Source: Zygnema circumcarinatum SAG 698-1b (lineage: Eukaryota > Plantae > Zygnematophyceae). From it: a stretch of 64,000 nt of DNA. The notes below the pieces were generated by a model. It made no database searches and had not been told where the DNA came from. It saw nothing but the letters and a program-made list of their open reading frames with translations. Shown here one piece after another: positions 36,400 through 49,141 of the stretch (position 1 is the stretch's first letter; each line of letters starts with the position of its first letter). The position numbers were made by a program, and so were the translations under genes. Where the stretch lies: NCBI GenBank assembly GCA_037447605.1, contig CM074819.1, forward strand, positions 824,744-888,743, read 5' to 3'.

Positions 36400-38237
36400 T
36401 GGCGCCACAAGTCAGTGACTGATCCATGACTTTGGAATTTGTGTTTTGTAAAGTCATTCAGTGTGTAAAGAGAGGTCATATTGTACGGGTGGTTGACATT
36501 CTGAGGTTATTCATATGAAGTTACAAGTTTAAGTTTAAGTGTAAGGAGAAGTTTTGGCACTCACTGAGGTGGACTGGTATCTTCATCAAGGTGGGGCCAT
36601 ATTTCTGGTTGCAGAAGTTTATCACCTCTCCGAACATGTACAGCCACAAAGTAATATTTCATACTTTCCAGAATTGTCCACACAATCTTCAAAAGGGATG
36701 GCGCAAAAAGGAACGCTTCATAGGGACGTTGAATCTTCTGCAAAGGAAAGAATAACAAGAAATAAAGAATACCTTGAGTGCTGCTTGCAAATGAGCATGA
36801 ATGTAATCGACAGTTTGCCCCTCCTGCCCTCTCTCTCTCTCTCCCATCCCTCTGTGAGTTTCCGTCCTCCCTACCTCTTCGTCTCTCTCCTCTCCTCTCC
36901 TTTCGTTCTTCTCCCCTCCTTTCCTTTCCTATCAGTCTCACTCCCTCGACTTCACACTCCCTCCCTCTCTTCTCCCCCTTTCTAGACGTTCTTGATGAAC
37001 AATACTCCAAAAGAGGTAGAATGAATAAACGATCACTTTAACGGGCAAGTGCTGAGAAACTCAAAAACATTCAAACACGAGTAAGTTTGTAGAAAAGACT
37101 GCCTCACCGGGTTCTGCAAGCAGACTTCATATGCGTAGTCGCTCTCTCCATAGGAACGGTGAACAATGGTGGCATTACTTTTCTGAATTTCTTCAAAAGG
37201 AGGACCATTTGTGATTGGAGCTTCCAAAACAGACAATTTATTTTCCGGCCGAAGAGCTTCCCATTTAGCCCATCCGTCTTGGAACACTTTCATGTCAATT
37301 ATTGGGAGGGTTCTGCATAGAAAGTATGCCCAAACACCTCCGCAAAACCCCAACTAAGAAAGCGGAAGGCCATATCTGTGGAAGAGTTGCAGCTCAAGCA
37401 GACGCTGCCTCACAATCGTACCCATCTTCATTACTAATATTTCTCCCCCCCCCCCTTTCCCCCTCTCCCCACCCCTTTCTTCCCTCCATTTCAGTTTATT
37501 CATCATCTGAGTTGCCTCAACAGACCCATAAGCCCCACTTAAACGTTTTATTCTAAAAATGCATCATCAATTTTACCCCAGTGCCAACCCATCACCTTGT
37601 TCTGGCAGCCCATCCAAACTCACTTGCGCGTCTTCTCCAAGTCAAAGTAGAGCGCGAAGGGAGTGATGGTCTCCTTGTCGTCATTGTGTTCGGCGGCAAC
37701 CCCCACTTCCAGGTCGAGCACGAAGATGCGGCGAAGCAGCACAGCCTCCCCCGCCATACATGTGTAGCTCCACCGCCGATGACTCACTCCCGCGTAAAAA
37801 TCCTTATAATCTCGCTCATAGAACAGGTACTTCTCCTCCGGGTCGAAAAAATCGTCCCCATGGCCACTCCGCCATGGAGGATTGGGGGGGGCGAGAGAGA
37901 GAGAGGGGGGGGGGGAGGGAGGGGGAGCAGTGGCAAAGTGAGGAGGGGGGGAGGGAGGAGGAGGAGGGGGACGAGGAGGAGGAGGAAGAGGAGGAGGAAG
38001 AAGAGGAGGAGGAAGAGGAGGAGAGGGAGAGGGAGAGGGAGAGAGAGGAGGAGATGCAGGAGGCGGACTGAGGGGTTTGGTTAGGGCTGCTTCTCTCTCC
38101 GCTGGACGAGGGCGCAACATTCGGCCATGTGGCCGGTGGAGGGGCAGTGCCACGTGGACCAGCCACCCCCCGAGGGCGATGACGACCACCAGCGTCATCC
38201 GCATGGGGAGCCATCGCGGCGGCCGGCCGGCAGGCAT
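35870..38237 (-). CDS. O-fucosyltransferase-like protein of the plant SUB1 (short under blue light 1) family; exons 38237-37624, 37312-37108, 36737-36565, 36303-36081, 35974-35870
   Basis: N-terminal TM helix and Pro-rich stem. Motifs KYLFY, GEAVLLRRIFVLDL, LYFDLE, AVHVRRGDKL, WPHLDEDTSP, IYIATNE, SSEWW, EFDGMM and QIETFNDLT match the family as I recall it. Junctions are phase-compatible. Confidence 0.85.
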
Positions 38238-39625
38238 AGATGGATGGGTTCAGGGGGGGGGGTCAGGATTTAGTCGGGGGTTCTGGAATGGGCTTCAGGT
38301 GGTGCATTTCGGTAGTAGTGGTGGGGTGATTGCAGGAGGGAGGAAGGAGGGAGGGAGGGACGGAGGGGACGGAGAGAGGGGGGGAGGGAGAGGGCGGGAG
38401 TGGGAGAGGGAGGGAGTGAGGGAGGGAGTGAGGGAGTGAGGAGGGAGGGCGGGAGTGGGGGAGGGAGGGCGGGAGTGGGGGAGGGAGGGAGAGACGGACG
38501 GTGGAGAGAGGGAGGGAGGGAGGGAGAGAGGGAGTGGGGGAGGGAGGGAGAGAGGTGAGGGTGGAGAGAGGGAGGGACGGAAAGAGGCTGGGGAGGGAGT
38601 GAGGGTGAGAGGTGGGGAGTGAAACCCTAAAATCAGTCGGCGGCGACGGACGTGCGTAACCGCGGTGGGCCTCGCCGCACGCTTGAAGTGTCCACGTGAC
38701 GAACACTGATTCGAGCCGCGGTTCTGGGAAAATCCGCAAAACTTTCCATCCACGTGGCGTACATCGAACCGTTAAATGGCTCCCCAACTGTCCGTTGCGC
38801 CACGTAGGATACACTCGACGACTTTTGGCTCATATGGCAATTGATCGAAACTGCGAACAGCATGGAACAAGGCACAAGGAAGCGTTGTTGTCCGTACGGC
38901 GAGACCGCCGTGGCGCGGGCAACTGCCGAAGTGCCGCGTACGCAACAAGAAATCGAGTGAGGGAGAGAGAGAGGGCGGGGGAGTGAGAGAGAGGGAGAGG
39001 AGGACGGAGGGAGAGGGGGGGAGAGTCTGTGATATTGAGATAGAAATATAGAGACGTAGTGTTGGAGAGAGGGAGAGAGAGGGGGAGTGAGAGAGTGGGA
39101 GAGGGGGGAGAGAGGGAGAGAGTGTGGGGTGGAGAGTGTCTGATATTGAGAGAGAAAGAGAGAGGGAGAGTGGGAGAGGGCGAGAGAGGGGGGAGTGAGA
39201 GAGTGGGCGAGGGGGGAGAGAGGGAGGGAGAGTGGGGTGGAGAGAGTGTAATATTGAGAGAGAAAGAGAGAGGGAGAGTTGGAGAGAGGGCGAGAGAGTG
39301 GGGAGTGAGAGAGAGGGAGAGGGTGGATTGAGATAAAGATGGGGGGGGAGTGAGAGAGTGTGGAAGAGGGGGAGAGGAGAGGGGGAGAGAGTGGGTGAGA
39401 TTGAGAGAGAGTGAGAGAGAGGGAGAGTGAAGAGAGGGAGAGAGTGTGGGAGCGGGTGTGAGAGAGGGATTGAGAGGGAGGGAGCGAGAGTAAGCCAGAG
39501 AGAGAGGGAGTGAGTGAGAGAGAAGACGAGAGAGGGAGATATAGGGAGAGAGAGAAGTAAAAAGAGTGAGACAGCAAGGGCAACTCTCTTCTGCATATCG
39601 CATACAATCGTGCCGCTGCACAGCC

Positions 39626-40502
39626 ATGGCTTCGCAGGAAAAGGTCAGGCTCAGGAGCCGCGAGGATGAAGTGTTTGAAGTGGGTAAGGAAGTTGCTCAG
39701 ATGTTTGAGGTTCTGGAAGATGTGCAGATAGATGGCGCCATGAATTTGGACGTTAGCAGCAGGGCTTTGGCGAAAGTGATTGAGTACTGCAAGAAGCATG
39801 CGAAGGCGAACAAGGCGGAGGGCAGTGAGGCAGAGGAGGACGAGGAGGAGCTTAAGGCGTGGGATGCGGATTTTGTGAAGATGGAGAATTCTGATCTCTT
39901 CGCCCTTATTGAAGTACGTAATTTCCTTTATGATGCTCCTCCCTTTACTCGACGAGGACATTTTGATGGCTAATGTTCGGTTGGGCTGAAGGGAGTTACT
40001 CATATGCTGATTTCGTAATTTTTCTTCACGTTGTAATTGCCATCGAAATGTGTTATATCTTTTTACCAATTTTGACTGTTGGGAAAGATAATAAACCTTT
40101 TGGTATTACCTTTCCCTTGAGCGTTTTGCGATTCTGCAATGCAAGATTTTTTTTTTTGGGAGTACATTTGAGTGCTGGTTTAAGGCACCTCGTCTGTCGG
40201 TGTGCCACGTGGCACTCTTGTCCCTTGGAACAAATTGGAGAGTCCTGGGTTTACTTTTTAGCGTCTAACCTTATGTTTATGTCATTCATTTGACGCTTCC
40301 AGATTGTTGCTGTTTTCTCTGTTTGCAGGCCGCCAACCTTTTGCAAATCAAGAGCCTGCTGGACCTCACATATCAGACTGTGAATGACATGATCAAGGGG
40401 AAGACTCCTGCGGAGATTCGGCGGCTGTTCAACCTTAGGAACGATTTCAGTCAAGAGGAGGAGGAAGAGTTCAGGCGTGGGAACAAGTGGGCATTTGAGT
40501 GA
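39626..40502 (+). CDS. SKP1: SKP1-like protein (intact copy 2); exons 39626-39913, 40329-40502
   Basis: Motifs: [97 protein letters not shown]. Confidence 0.93.
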
Positions 40503-42207
40503 CTGCGAAGGAGCAGAGAGCGTTCTGGCCATGAAGTTCTTTCTATCATTTCGACTTTTCAGCATGGAATGAATGAATGCCTTCTACATGCGTTCAGCCA
40601 CACTTTGTAAATGGCGCTTTCTCTATCCAGCAAGCATTGTAGTCAGCGGCGGATTCACGGATGTCTCTGGGGAGGGGGTTTAACCCGTCCTTAGATTCTG
40701 AAAAGCTGTTCGTCTTTGAAGGTTTAACAGCAGAAAATGCAGTCAGATGTTTTTTCCCAACTTATTGAGCAGCTCCACGGAAACTAGAATCCGAATTCCG
40801 CCACTGATTATAGAATTAGATTTTTGCCTCCATTTTAAGTATCTTAAGCTGAGTGATGGTCGATGCAAACGGCACTATGTTGCCGCTAATTCGCTGTCTC
40901 GCAGTACAGTACCTGTACATAGGCTACCAGGACCTAAGCGTGTGCTATATTTAAGAGATTTCCACGTTTGAAGCGGTAAGTGTGTGGTGCATGTGATTGA
41001 ATATGAGACGAATAGGAGAAAAAGAGAGAGTTAAAGCTCCCCCTGAAATCGAAAAAGAGCGAAGGGGAAGGGTGGATAAGGGGAGAGAGAAGAGAAGGGG
41101 AGGTGGGAAAGAGAGCGAGGGCAAGTGAGATAGGGAGAGAGAGGGGAAGATATGGAGGGAGAGGGTGGGAGAGGGAGGGAAGGATATGGAGAGGTGGGAA
41201 TGGGCTGTCGAGGAAACTAAAAAGAGGAGGACGAGGGGGGAGGATGGGGGAGAACGAAGATGGTAGAAGAGAGAGGGGAAGGTGAAGGGCCTCGCCATCG
41301 TGAGTTTGTTAGTGAGTGGTACATAGTTCATGAAGAGCATGTAGTTGTTTCGGAGTCTAGTTCGCATGCTAGTCTAGGATCTGCACATTGAGGAGCATGT
41401 GGCGCATTCGGATTGGCCGCTGCATTGGCGCGGAGCGCTGTCATTGGTCGAGACACGTGGCGCTCGGAGATGTACGCGATTGTACGGACGGGGAGCTCCA
41501 GAAAACTCGCGGCGTTCCTTACGCCGGAAAATCATTGGCTTGCAAGGCGCGCAGTGGCGTGACGTGACGGAGAGTGTTCCGGAAGTCACGTCACACTGTG
41601 ACTGATAAATGGCGAGGCAAATGAGCGGGCTGTAACCCTTAGTGCAGGCTGCTAGGTGCAGAGTAGAGGCTTGCCAGTGTGTGGTGAAGCTTTACAGCAT
41701 AAGGGGGACACTCTTGTAGTGGAGTAGAGAAGCGCAGGAGGGGCTCTTGTTGTGTTCTTGTACTCCGTTTTGAAGTTAAGAGTTTTCAACATTTGTGCAT
41801 TCTCTTATCATCTGAATCTTCGATCTGTTCATTCATTCTTTGCTTGGGGCAGTCTTTGCTTGTGAGTGTGATTCTGTGTTTCCGCAAGGCTGGCGTCTCC
41901 TAGTTCAAGGAGTAGAGGGATGTCATCCTCAGAGGGATCCTCTACTAGGACCGGAGGCTCCACATCTACAGAGTTCAATAAAATTTTCTTGTCCTTGAAC
42001 AAAGTCTCAATCAGTTCGGTCACACTTGTGGATTCTACTTTTTGCCACGAACGATTCAAGCAATTAGGGGGAGTCAGACCTTGTCCATCGCCAAACCAAT
42101 TCCGCGAGCCCCTCGGGCCAATTCCGCGTTGTACGGCAGGCCTTTTCCGCCAAAAGTGGACGTTCGACAGGCTCGGGCGCCGCGAATTCAAGAAAGCAAT
42201 TATTTTA

Positions 42208-43151
42208 GGGTAGTGATATTTCCACCCCTTTTTTGGATCCAAACACCCCTTCCCGGCCGGGCAGATTTCAAAAAGGATTAAAAACGGAAAATGCTTTTTC
42301 ACACCTTTTTGGAATCGATACCCACCCTCTATCGGCAGATTTTATTTTTGCGAATGAAGGAAAATGATAACCCGTCACCCCATTTTGAATATCCCGCCTA
42401 CCTGAATTTTTTTTTTCACGCGTGCGGTCAATCGCAGCCGTCGATTCCCTCGCAGATCGCAACACGGCAGATCACTATTTGCTCTGCAGCCGGGCAAGGT
42501 CACAGCGAATGGCACGTGCCCACGTATCCCGCCAAACTCGTCTCAAAAAGTTGTCCGTACAAATGTCGTATGGTTGCAACTTTGAGGAACCCAAAATACA
42601 TTGAGAGCTTGAACCAATCAAAATTTTCCACGTCGATATGTAACACGTGGTAGATGTTGATTGGTTGGAATCTGACAATGACGAGATCTCGGGCCGAGGG
42701 ACGCGCGCACTCGCACGTGCGATCCGGCTTTGACGGGACTCGTGGGCGCATTCCATTCGCTGAAATCGAGCCCGGCTCCAGATCGAACGGTGATCTGCAG
42801 TGGTGCGATCTGCGAGGGAAATCGACAGATGCGATTGACATGCACGTGTGAAGGACGGACACCCGCGAACGATCTCGTGGAGGACGGATCTTCCGCTCCG
42901 AGCGGATTCGAGCAGGCAGATATTTCTTTCCATCAAAAAAAAAATTCAGGGAGGCGGGATACAGTATTCAAAATGCGGTGACGGGGTATCATTTTCCTTG
43001 GTTAGCAAAAATAAAATCAGCCGACGGAAGAAGGTGGGTATCGATTCCAAAAAGGTGTGAAAAAACATTTTCCGTTTTTAATCCCTTTTGAAATCTGCCC
43101 GGCCGGGAAGGGGTGTTTGGATCCAAAAAAGGGGTGGAAATATCACTACCC
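42208..43151. mobile_element. PIF/Harbinger-like MITE, 944 bp, long TIRs, TTA TSD
   Basis: Ends GGGTAGTGATATTTCCACCCC...GGGGTGGAAATATCACTACCC. Inverted similarity runs for ~200 bp and resumes further inside. TTA flanks both ends (42205-07, 43152-54). Related copies lie at 59650-61343. Confidence 0.9.
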
Positions 43152-43830
43152 TTATTTTACCTTTGTACCTCCGGGCCAGGTTTGACTCCCCCCTTTTCGC
43201 GCCCCCGCGCTCCCTCCCGCCGCCCGCCGCCCGCCGCCATCCGTTTTGTCGCCACGCGCGCCTCACACGTGCGAGAGGCGCTCGCACGTGCGTGACGCGC
43301 ATGGCGACAAGGCGGGGCACGATTCCTCATCGGCGGATAGCTGGAATAACCTATTCCACCGTACGGACGTGACAGACAGGTTCGGGGGGAGCCGTGGTTT
43401 CCGATCCGAATTCAGAAATCGAAATCAATACCTTTCCGCCGGCGAAATCTTTCAATTCCGCGGGCGATGGTCAAGGTCTGACTCTCCCTAATCTGCGAGA
43501 TTTTCTTACAGTACCTCGGGCCCAATTTTTGCCGTACGACAGTTTGCGCCAGATCAACGATTTTTGTACTTTACAGAAACGGGCGAAATTTGAACGCGAG
43601 TGGACCTGGGTCCACGCGCTTTGCGATTGCCAAGATCTAGTTGTTGGTCGGTCGATGCGAAGTACTGTTTATACTTGAACACGACCGAGAGTTGATTGTT
43701 GAGGGGGTGTCAGACTTATCGAAATCTAACGAACAAGAAAAAAATCGGTACTCCGCCGAAATGGCATGGCATGGCAGCGGCATGTCATGGCATGGCATGA
43801 AAGTGTTGTACCATTTGTCCGTACGGTATA

Positions 43831-43942
43831 TGTACTGTACTGTACAGTGTACAGTACTGTACTGTACAGTGTACAGTACTGTACAGTACTGTACACTGTA
43901 CTGTACTGTACAGTGTACAGTACTGTACTGTACTGTACAGTA
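43831..43942. repeat. Self-complementary (TACTG/CAGTA/GTACA) simple repeat containing a perfect 38-bp palindrome
   Basis: 43864-43901, GTACAGTGTACAGTACTGTACAGTACTGTACACTGTAC, equals its own reverse complement. Confidence 0.9.
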
Positions 43943-44573
43943 TGAACAAAGTCGCAAAGCTGTACGGCCAATAGTTTGAATTTGGCGGTTTCCGTTTAAA
44001 AAAAATCAAAATCAACTTCCGAGTCTTGCCAAAAATATTTTCTGAATTGGTCCTTTTGGCTATGATTTTACAAAATTTTGAAATTATGGATTTCTGTTTA
44101 TTTAGTCAAGAAATTTTAGCTGTCGTCCGCCATTTCTGAGGGCGACTCTCTCTCAATTGACCGGGCCGTTCCATTCTGCGCAGTTTGACAGTTATCTGTT
44201 CCGTTTCCGCACATTTCTCGAACTTCCGTTGAGAGGCCGCGCATGTGACGGCAGTTGTTGGGAGTCAGGGCTTTGCCAGATCCGGCCTTGGGCTTCAGAG
44301 TTTTAGGGTTTGGAGTTTAGGGTTTCGGGTTTAAGAAAGTACAGGTTTAGGGTTTGTGAAGCTTCAGGGGTTTTAGACATTCGGATGGGATTGGGAGTCT
44401 CGGAGTTTTTGTTCGGCGATTTTTGAATTTTTTTACGGGTTTTCGGACTTTCGAACTTCAGGAGTTTGGAAGTAGATTGGAGGGCTCAGAATATTAGGGT
44501 TTAGGTTCTGGCGGATTTGAGGGTTTAGGGTTTTGCGGATTTAGGGTTTAGGGTTTCGCGCAGGGGACGAAAG

Positions 44574-46512
44574 ATGGCGGAGGAGGATGGAGGTTTGCCG
44601 CAAGCTGGCAAAGACAGGTGCACTGAAAACTTTCTGCTCAAACTTTTTTGGTTTCAGGGGTTAGGTTTTAAGGTTTAGGGTCTCGGTTCTAGGGCATATG
44701 GTTTAATTTTTTAGTGTTTAGGGTTGAAGAATGAGGGTTGAGGGTTGAGGGTTTAGGGGTTAGGGTTTAAAGTTTAGGGTTCAAGATAATAGGGCTTAGG
44801 CTGAAGGGTTTAGAATTTAGAGTTAGGTTTAAGGTTTAATGCTTAGGGTTCAGCGTTCAGGTTTATGATTTAAGGTTTAGCGCTTAGGCTTGAGGGTTTA
44901 GGTTTAGGGTTTAGGTGTAGGGTTCACGGTCTAGGGTTTGAGGTTCAGCGTGTAGGGCTTAAGATTTGATCCTCCATAAAAAACAAACTTGAAAGTTTCT
45001 TAGAGTTAGACTTAGGGTTAGTGTTGGGGTTAGAGTTAGGGTTAGAGTAAGGCTTAAGGTTCAGATTAGCACCAATTTTTTAATTTTAATTTAATTTATT
45101 TTTTTTATTTTTTTATTTTGAGAATTCTTTCCTCCTCCGCTAAGTTTGATCAACCCTCCCTCTCTCCCTCCCTCCCTCCCCTTGATTTTAATATTCTCTC
45201 TTTCTTAATTTTTTTCTCAAGTGTGGTTTCAGAATTTTCGAAGAAATTACTCCCAGCATTCAAGGGGGGCCCAGAAAGGAAAATAATCCTTCGAATAGGA
45301 ACGAATTTTCGAAAGAAAGATCGATTTTGAGCAGTGGCTTCGACGAGCTTCATGAACCCAGCAGAAACTCCGAAAGTTTTTCCGACGTCCAGTTTTCGAG
45401 CCGGCGACAATTCTTTGACTTACGGAAAAATTGGGCGGACTTCCCCACCCTAATATCGGGCGGCATAAAATGGTCCCAAAATTTTTACGAAACTGTCCTC
45501 AAGAAGCACGTGAATTTCTATCGACTGCATTTCCTATACTTTATAATTGTGGATTTAATCGGAACCCTTCTAATATGGCTCTCTCCTCCGACCTCTTTGG
45601 GACGAATTTCTTTCATCGATGCATTATTTAATTGCACTTCAGCTCTCTGCGTTACGGGGCTCGTGTCCGTAAAAATGAACACGTTTTCAGTATTCAACCA
45701 AGTGGTGCTTCTCTTCTTAATGCTTGTAGGGGGCCAAGTATTTACTTCCTTGCTCCCAGTATTAATTCGAAGATACTATTTTCGTAAGCATCTCTTAGAG
45801 CAAGAAAAAGAAGCGTCTCAGCGCCGCTCTCTCCCTCCCCCTCCTCCTCCTCTTCTCCCTCCTCTCCCTCCTCCTCCTCCTCCTCCCTCTCAGTTGCCTC
45901 TCCGACCCATAAATGAACAAAAATCTCTTAGCAATTTGGAGTCATGGACAATGAAGGAGGACCAGAATACTGGAAACGTTTCTGTCACTGAAAACGTTCC
46001 GATCACGAACGGAACTGACATGGAACGGGCAACGGGACCTCGAACGGAAACGGGAACTGAAACGGAAACGGAGGCAAGGAGATACTCCATGTCTGATGAA
46101 AAAGCGTCGCTTTTACTTCGCCGAACTCCGACCCAAACTTTTACGGAAAGAGGGAAGCCGCCAATTCCGCACGCTCACACGTGGGGGGGGAATACTGCCA
46201 AAGCATTGGGGCTGGAATTTCAGCAGATTCGGAAACGATACTTTTCTTCACCGGAAGGAGTGGAAGGAGAGATGCGGGAAAGTATCGATTATGCACTCGT
46301 CGATTCGTTGCAGCTCCGATCATTAGAGTACAGGTGAGGCCAAGTTCTTGCTATCTATCTAACTCTCTTTCTATCGATCTCACTCTCTCTCTCTCTCTCC
46401 CTATACCTCTCTCGTCCTCTCTCTCCCTTTGGGGTTTAGTTTATGGGCTTCCGGGGTTTGTAACAATCGAGGAATGTTGGGCTTCAAGCTTTCGAGATGT
46501 TTGGATGTTAGA

Positions 46513-46557
<45 letters not shown>

Positions 46558-49090
46558 TCTCTCTCTCAGTCGGTGGTTGTGGTTGTGGTGTGAACAGGGC
46601 CCTCCAGCTGCTGAGCTGGCTCATCCCCTCGTACCTCCTCGGAATTCAACTTTTCGCATTTTTCATTTTGCGAATAAACTTTTGGGGCGCGCCCGGACAG
46701 CGCAACCAGCTCGGAACCTATGACGTCAGCCCTACGTTCTTTTCTGCCTTCCAGGTGGGCCTCAAAATGTAATTTTTCTCTATTTAATGAATGTTGTCAT
46801 TCAAGCTTGATCAACTGTTTGGTTAAATTTTTATTTTTTTTGCATGATTTGATTATAATATTTTACTCAGCAAACTCAATAACCCTAAAAGTCTCAATGA
46901 TATGACAAACTTGCACTATGTTTGACTCGTATACAAACTTTCTTACTTTGGTGGATCCTTGGCTCTCGATTCTTTCTCGTCTCACTCTCTATGACATATC
47001 TCTCACTATCATGTTCTCTCTCTCTCTCTCTCTCTCTCTCCTTCCTGCAGACTGTCTCTGCTTTCCAAAACGCCGGCTTCTCTCTCCTCGATTTGAACCT
47101 TATCCCTTTCCAGAAAGCAATCGTGTTTCTTACTGTCATGGGAGCGCTCATCCTCCTCGGAAACACTCTCTATGCTCCCTCTCTGCGTGGAATCATCTAT
47201 TCGCTCTACTGCCTTTCTAAATATCTTGAAAAAAAGGGGAAAAAAAGGGCAATATTGCTGACGGAAACCTTGAAGTATTTGCTGGACCACCCCCGGAAAT
47301 GCTTCACACATTTGTTTCCGTGGCATCAAACGCTTTGGCTCGTCATCACCGTCATTGCTTTCAACTTTATTGAAACCTTCTTTCTCTGCTTATTCGATTG
47401 GAATCTATCCGTGTTCTACGGCCTTTCCGGTGAGTTCGAAGGAGGAACCACGAGGATGAGATGAACATTAAGAAAAATCCGAGCTTTGGGGTTCACGGAA
47501 TTCAGGGTTGCATGTACGCAGCACTGTCACAACTTTGAAATAACTTTAAGCCCTGTGGACCCCCTCTATCTTCCCTCCCTCCTCAATTCCCCTCCCCCCT
47601 CCCCTCCCCTCCCCAACTGCGTACTCTCACTGCCTGCAGGAGGGTACAAGGTGTTGGACTCGACCTTTCAGTCGCTGAACACTCGCAGCTCGGGATTTGT
47701 CGTTTTGCCGCTTTCGCTCATATCGCCGGCCATGCTTGTGCTCTATACCGGCATGATGTGAGCACGGGGTAGGGTTCAGGGGTAGGGTTCAGGGGTAGGG
47801 TTCAGGGGTAGGGTTCAGGGGTAGGGTTCAGGGGTAGGGTTCAGGGGTAGGGTTCAGGGGGTAGGGTTCAGGGGTAGGGTTCAGGGGTAGGGTTCAGGGG
47901 TAGGGTTCAGGGGTAGGGTTCAGGGGTAGGGTTCAGGGGTAGGGTTCAGGGGTAGGGTTCAGGGGTAGGGTTCAGGGGTAGGGTTCAGGGGTAGGGTTCA
48001 GGGGTAGGGTTCAGGGGTAGGGTTCAGGGGTAGGGTTCAGGGGTAGGGTTCAGGGGTAGGGTTCAGGGGTAGGGTTCAGGGGTAGGGTTCAGGGGTAGGG
48101 TTCAGGGGTAGGGTTCAGGGGTAGGGTTCAGGGGTAGGGTTCAGGGGTAGGGTTCAGGGGTAGGGTTCAGGGGTAGGGTTCAGGGGTAGGGTTCAGGGGT
48201 AGGGTCAAGGGTAGGGTTCAGGGGTAGGGTTTAGAGGTAGGGTTCAGGGGTAGGGTCAAGGGTAGGGTTCAGGGGTAGGGTCAAGGGTAGGGTTCAGGAG
48301 CGTAAGGGCTTAGGGAATTGGATGGTTGGGGTTTTTAGAAGTGGGGGTTTGGGATTTCAGGGTTCAGATTTTAAACTCGTGCGATTTAGTTTTCTCATTC
48401 TTCAAATACTTTAGTTTTTTGAAATGCATTTACATATGTATGTACTGTGTACTTACATATATATGTTCCCAACCCCCCCCCCCCTCCGTTTTGTTTACTT
48501 TTGTTCTCTCTCCCTTCCTTTCCTCCCCCCTCCCTCCTTTATCCTTTATCCATCTCCCCTGTCTTCTCTCTCCTCTCTCTCCCCCACTGCCTTCCGTTTT
48601 CTCTTTTTCTCTCTCACTCTTTCCCTTCTCTCTCTCTTCTCCCTCTCTCTCTATCCTCCTCCGCTCCTCTCTCCCTCTCTTTTGGAGGGGGAATTTTGTG
48701 CAGGTACGTTGCCGTATACCCGGTATTCCTCTCCCGCCAAACTTCAAAAGCGGACGAAGAAGTTTACGATGATACCGAAATCGGTATCACGCCAATGCTC
48801 GAAGTGAAGGACTCGCACCTTTTGGGCCAAGCGAGGCTGCTCATCGCCCGAGACTCCGCGTACTTATTCTTGGCAGTCTTTATAATCTCCGCCATTCAAG
48901 TTTCCCAAGTTCGGAAGGACCCCAATTTCTCGCTCTTCAATATCATATTTGAGGTGATAAGGTGAGGGCTTAGAGAGGGGCTGGCTTGGATGCAGGGTTT
49001 AGGGTTTAAGAAATCATGTATGGTGGTGGGGTTGTAGATTGTGTTAGACTGTCTGTGCTCATTGTGTCTAGACTGAGACTGCTTGCACAG

Positions 49091-49141
<51 letters not shown>

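Noticed and set aside
41829-42302. 157-aa minus-strand ORF as a transposase
   Set aside because: It begins inside the MITE TIR and has no DDE or other recognisable motif.
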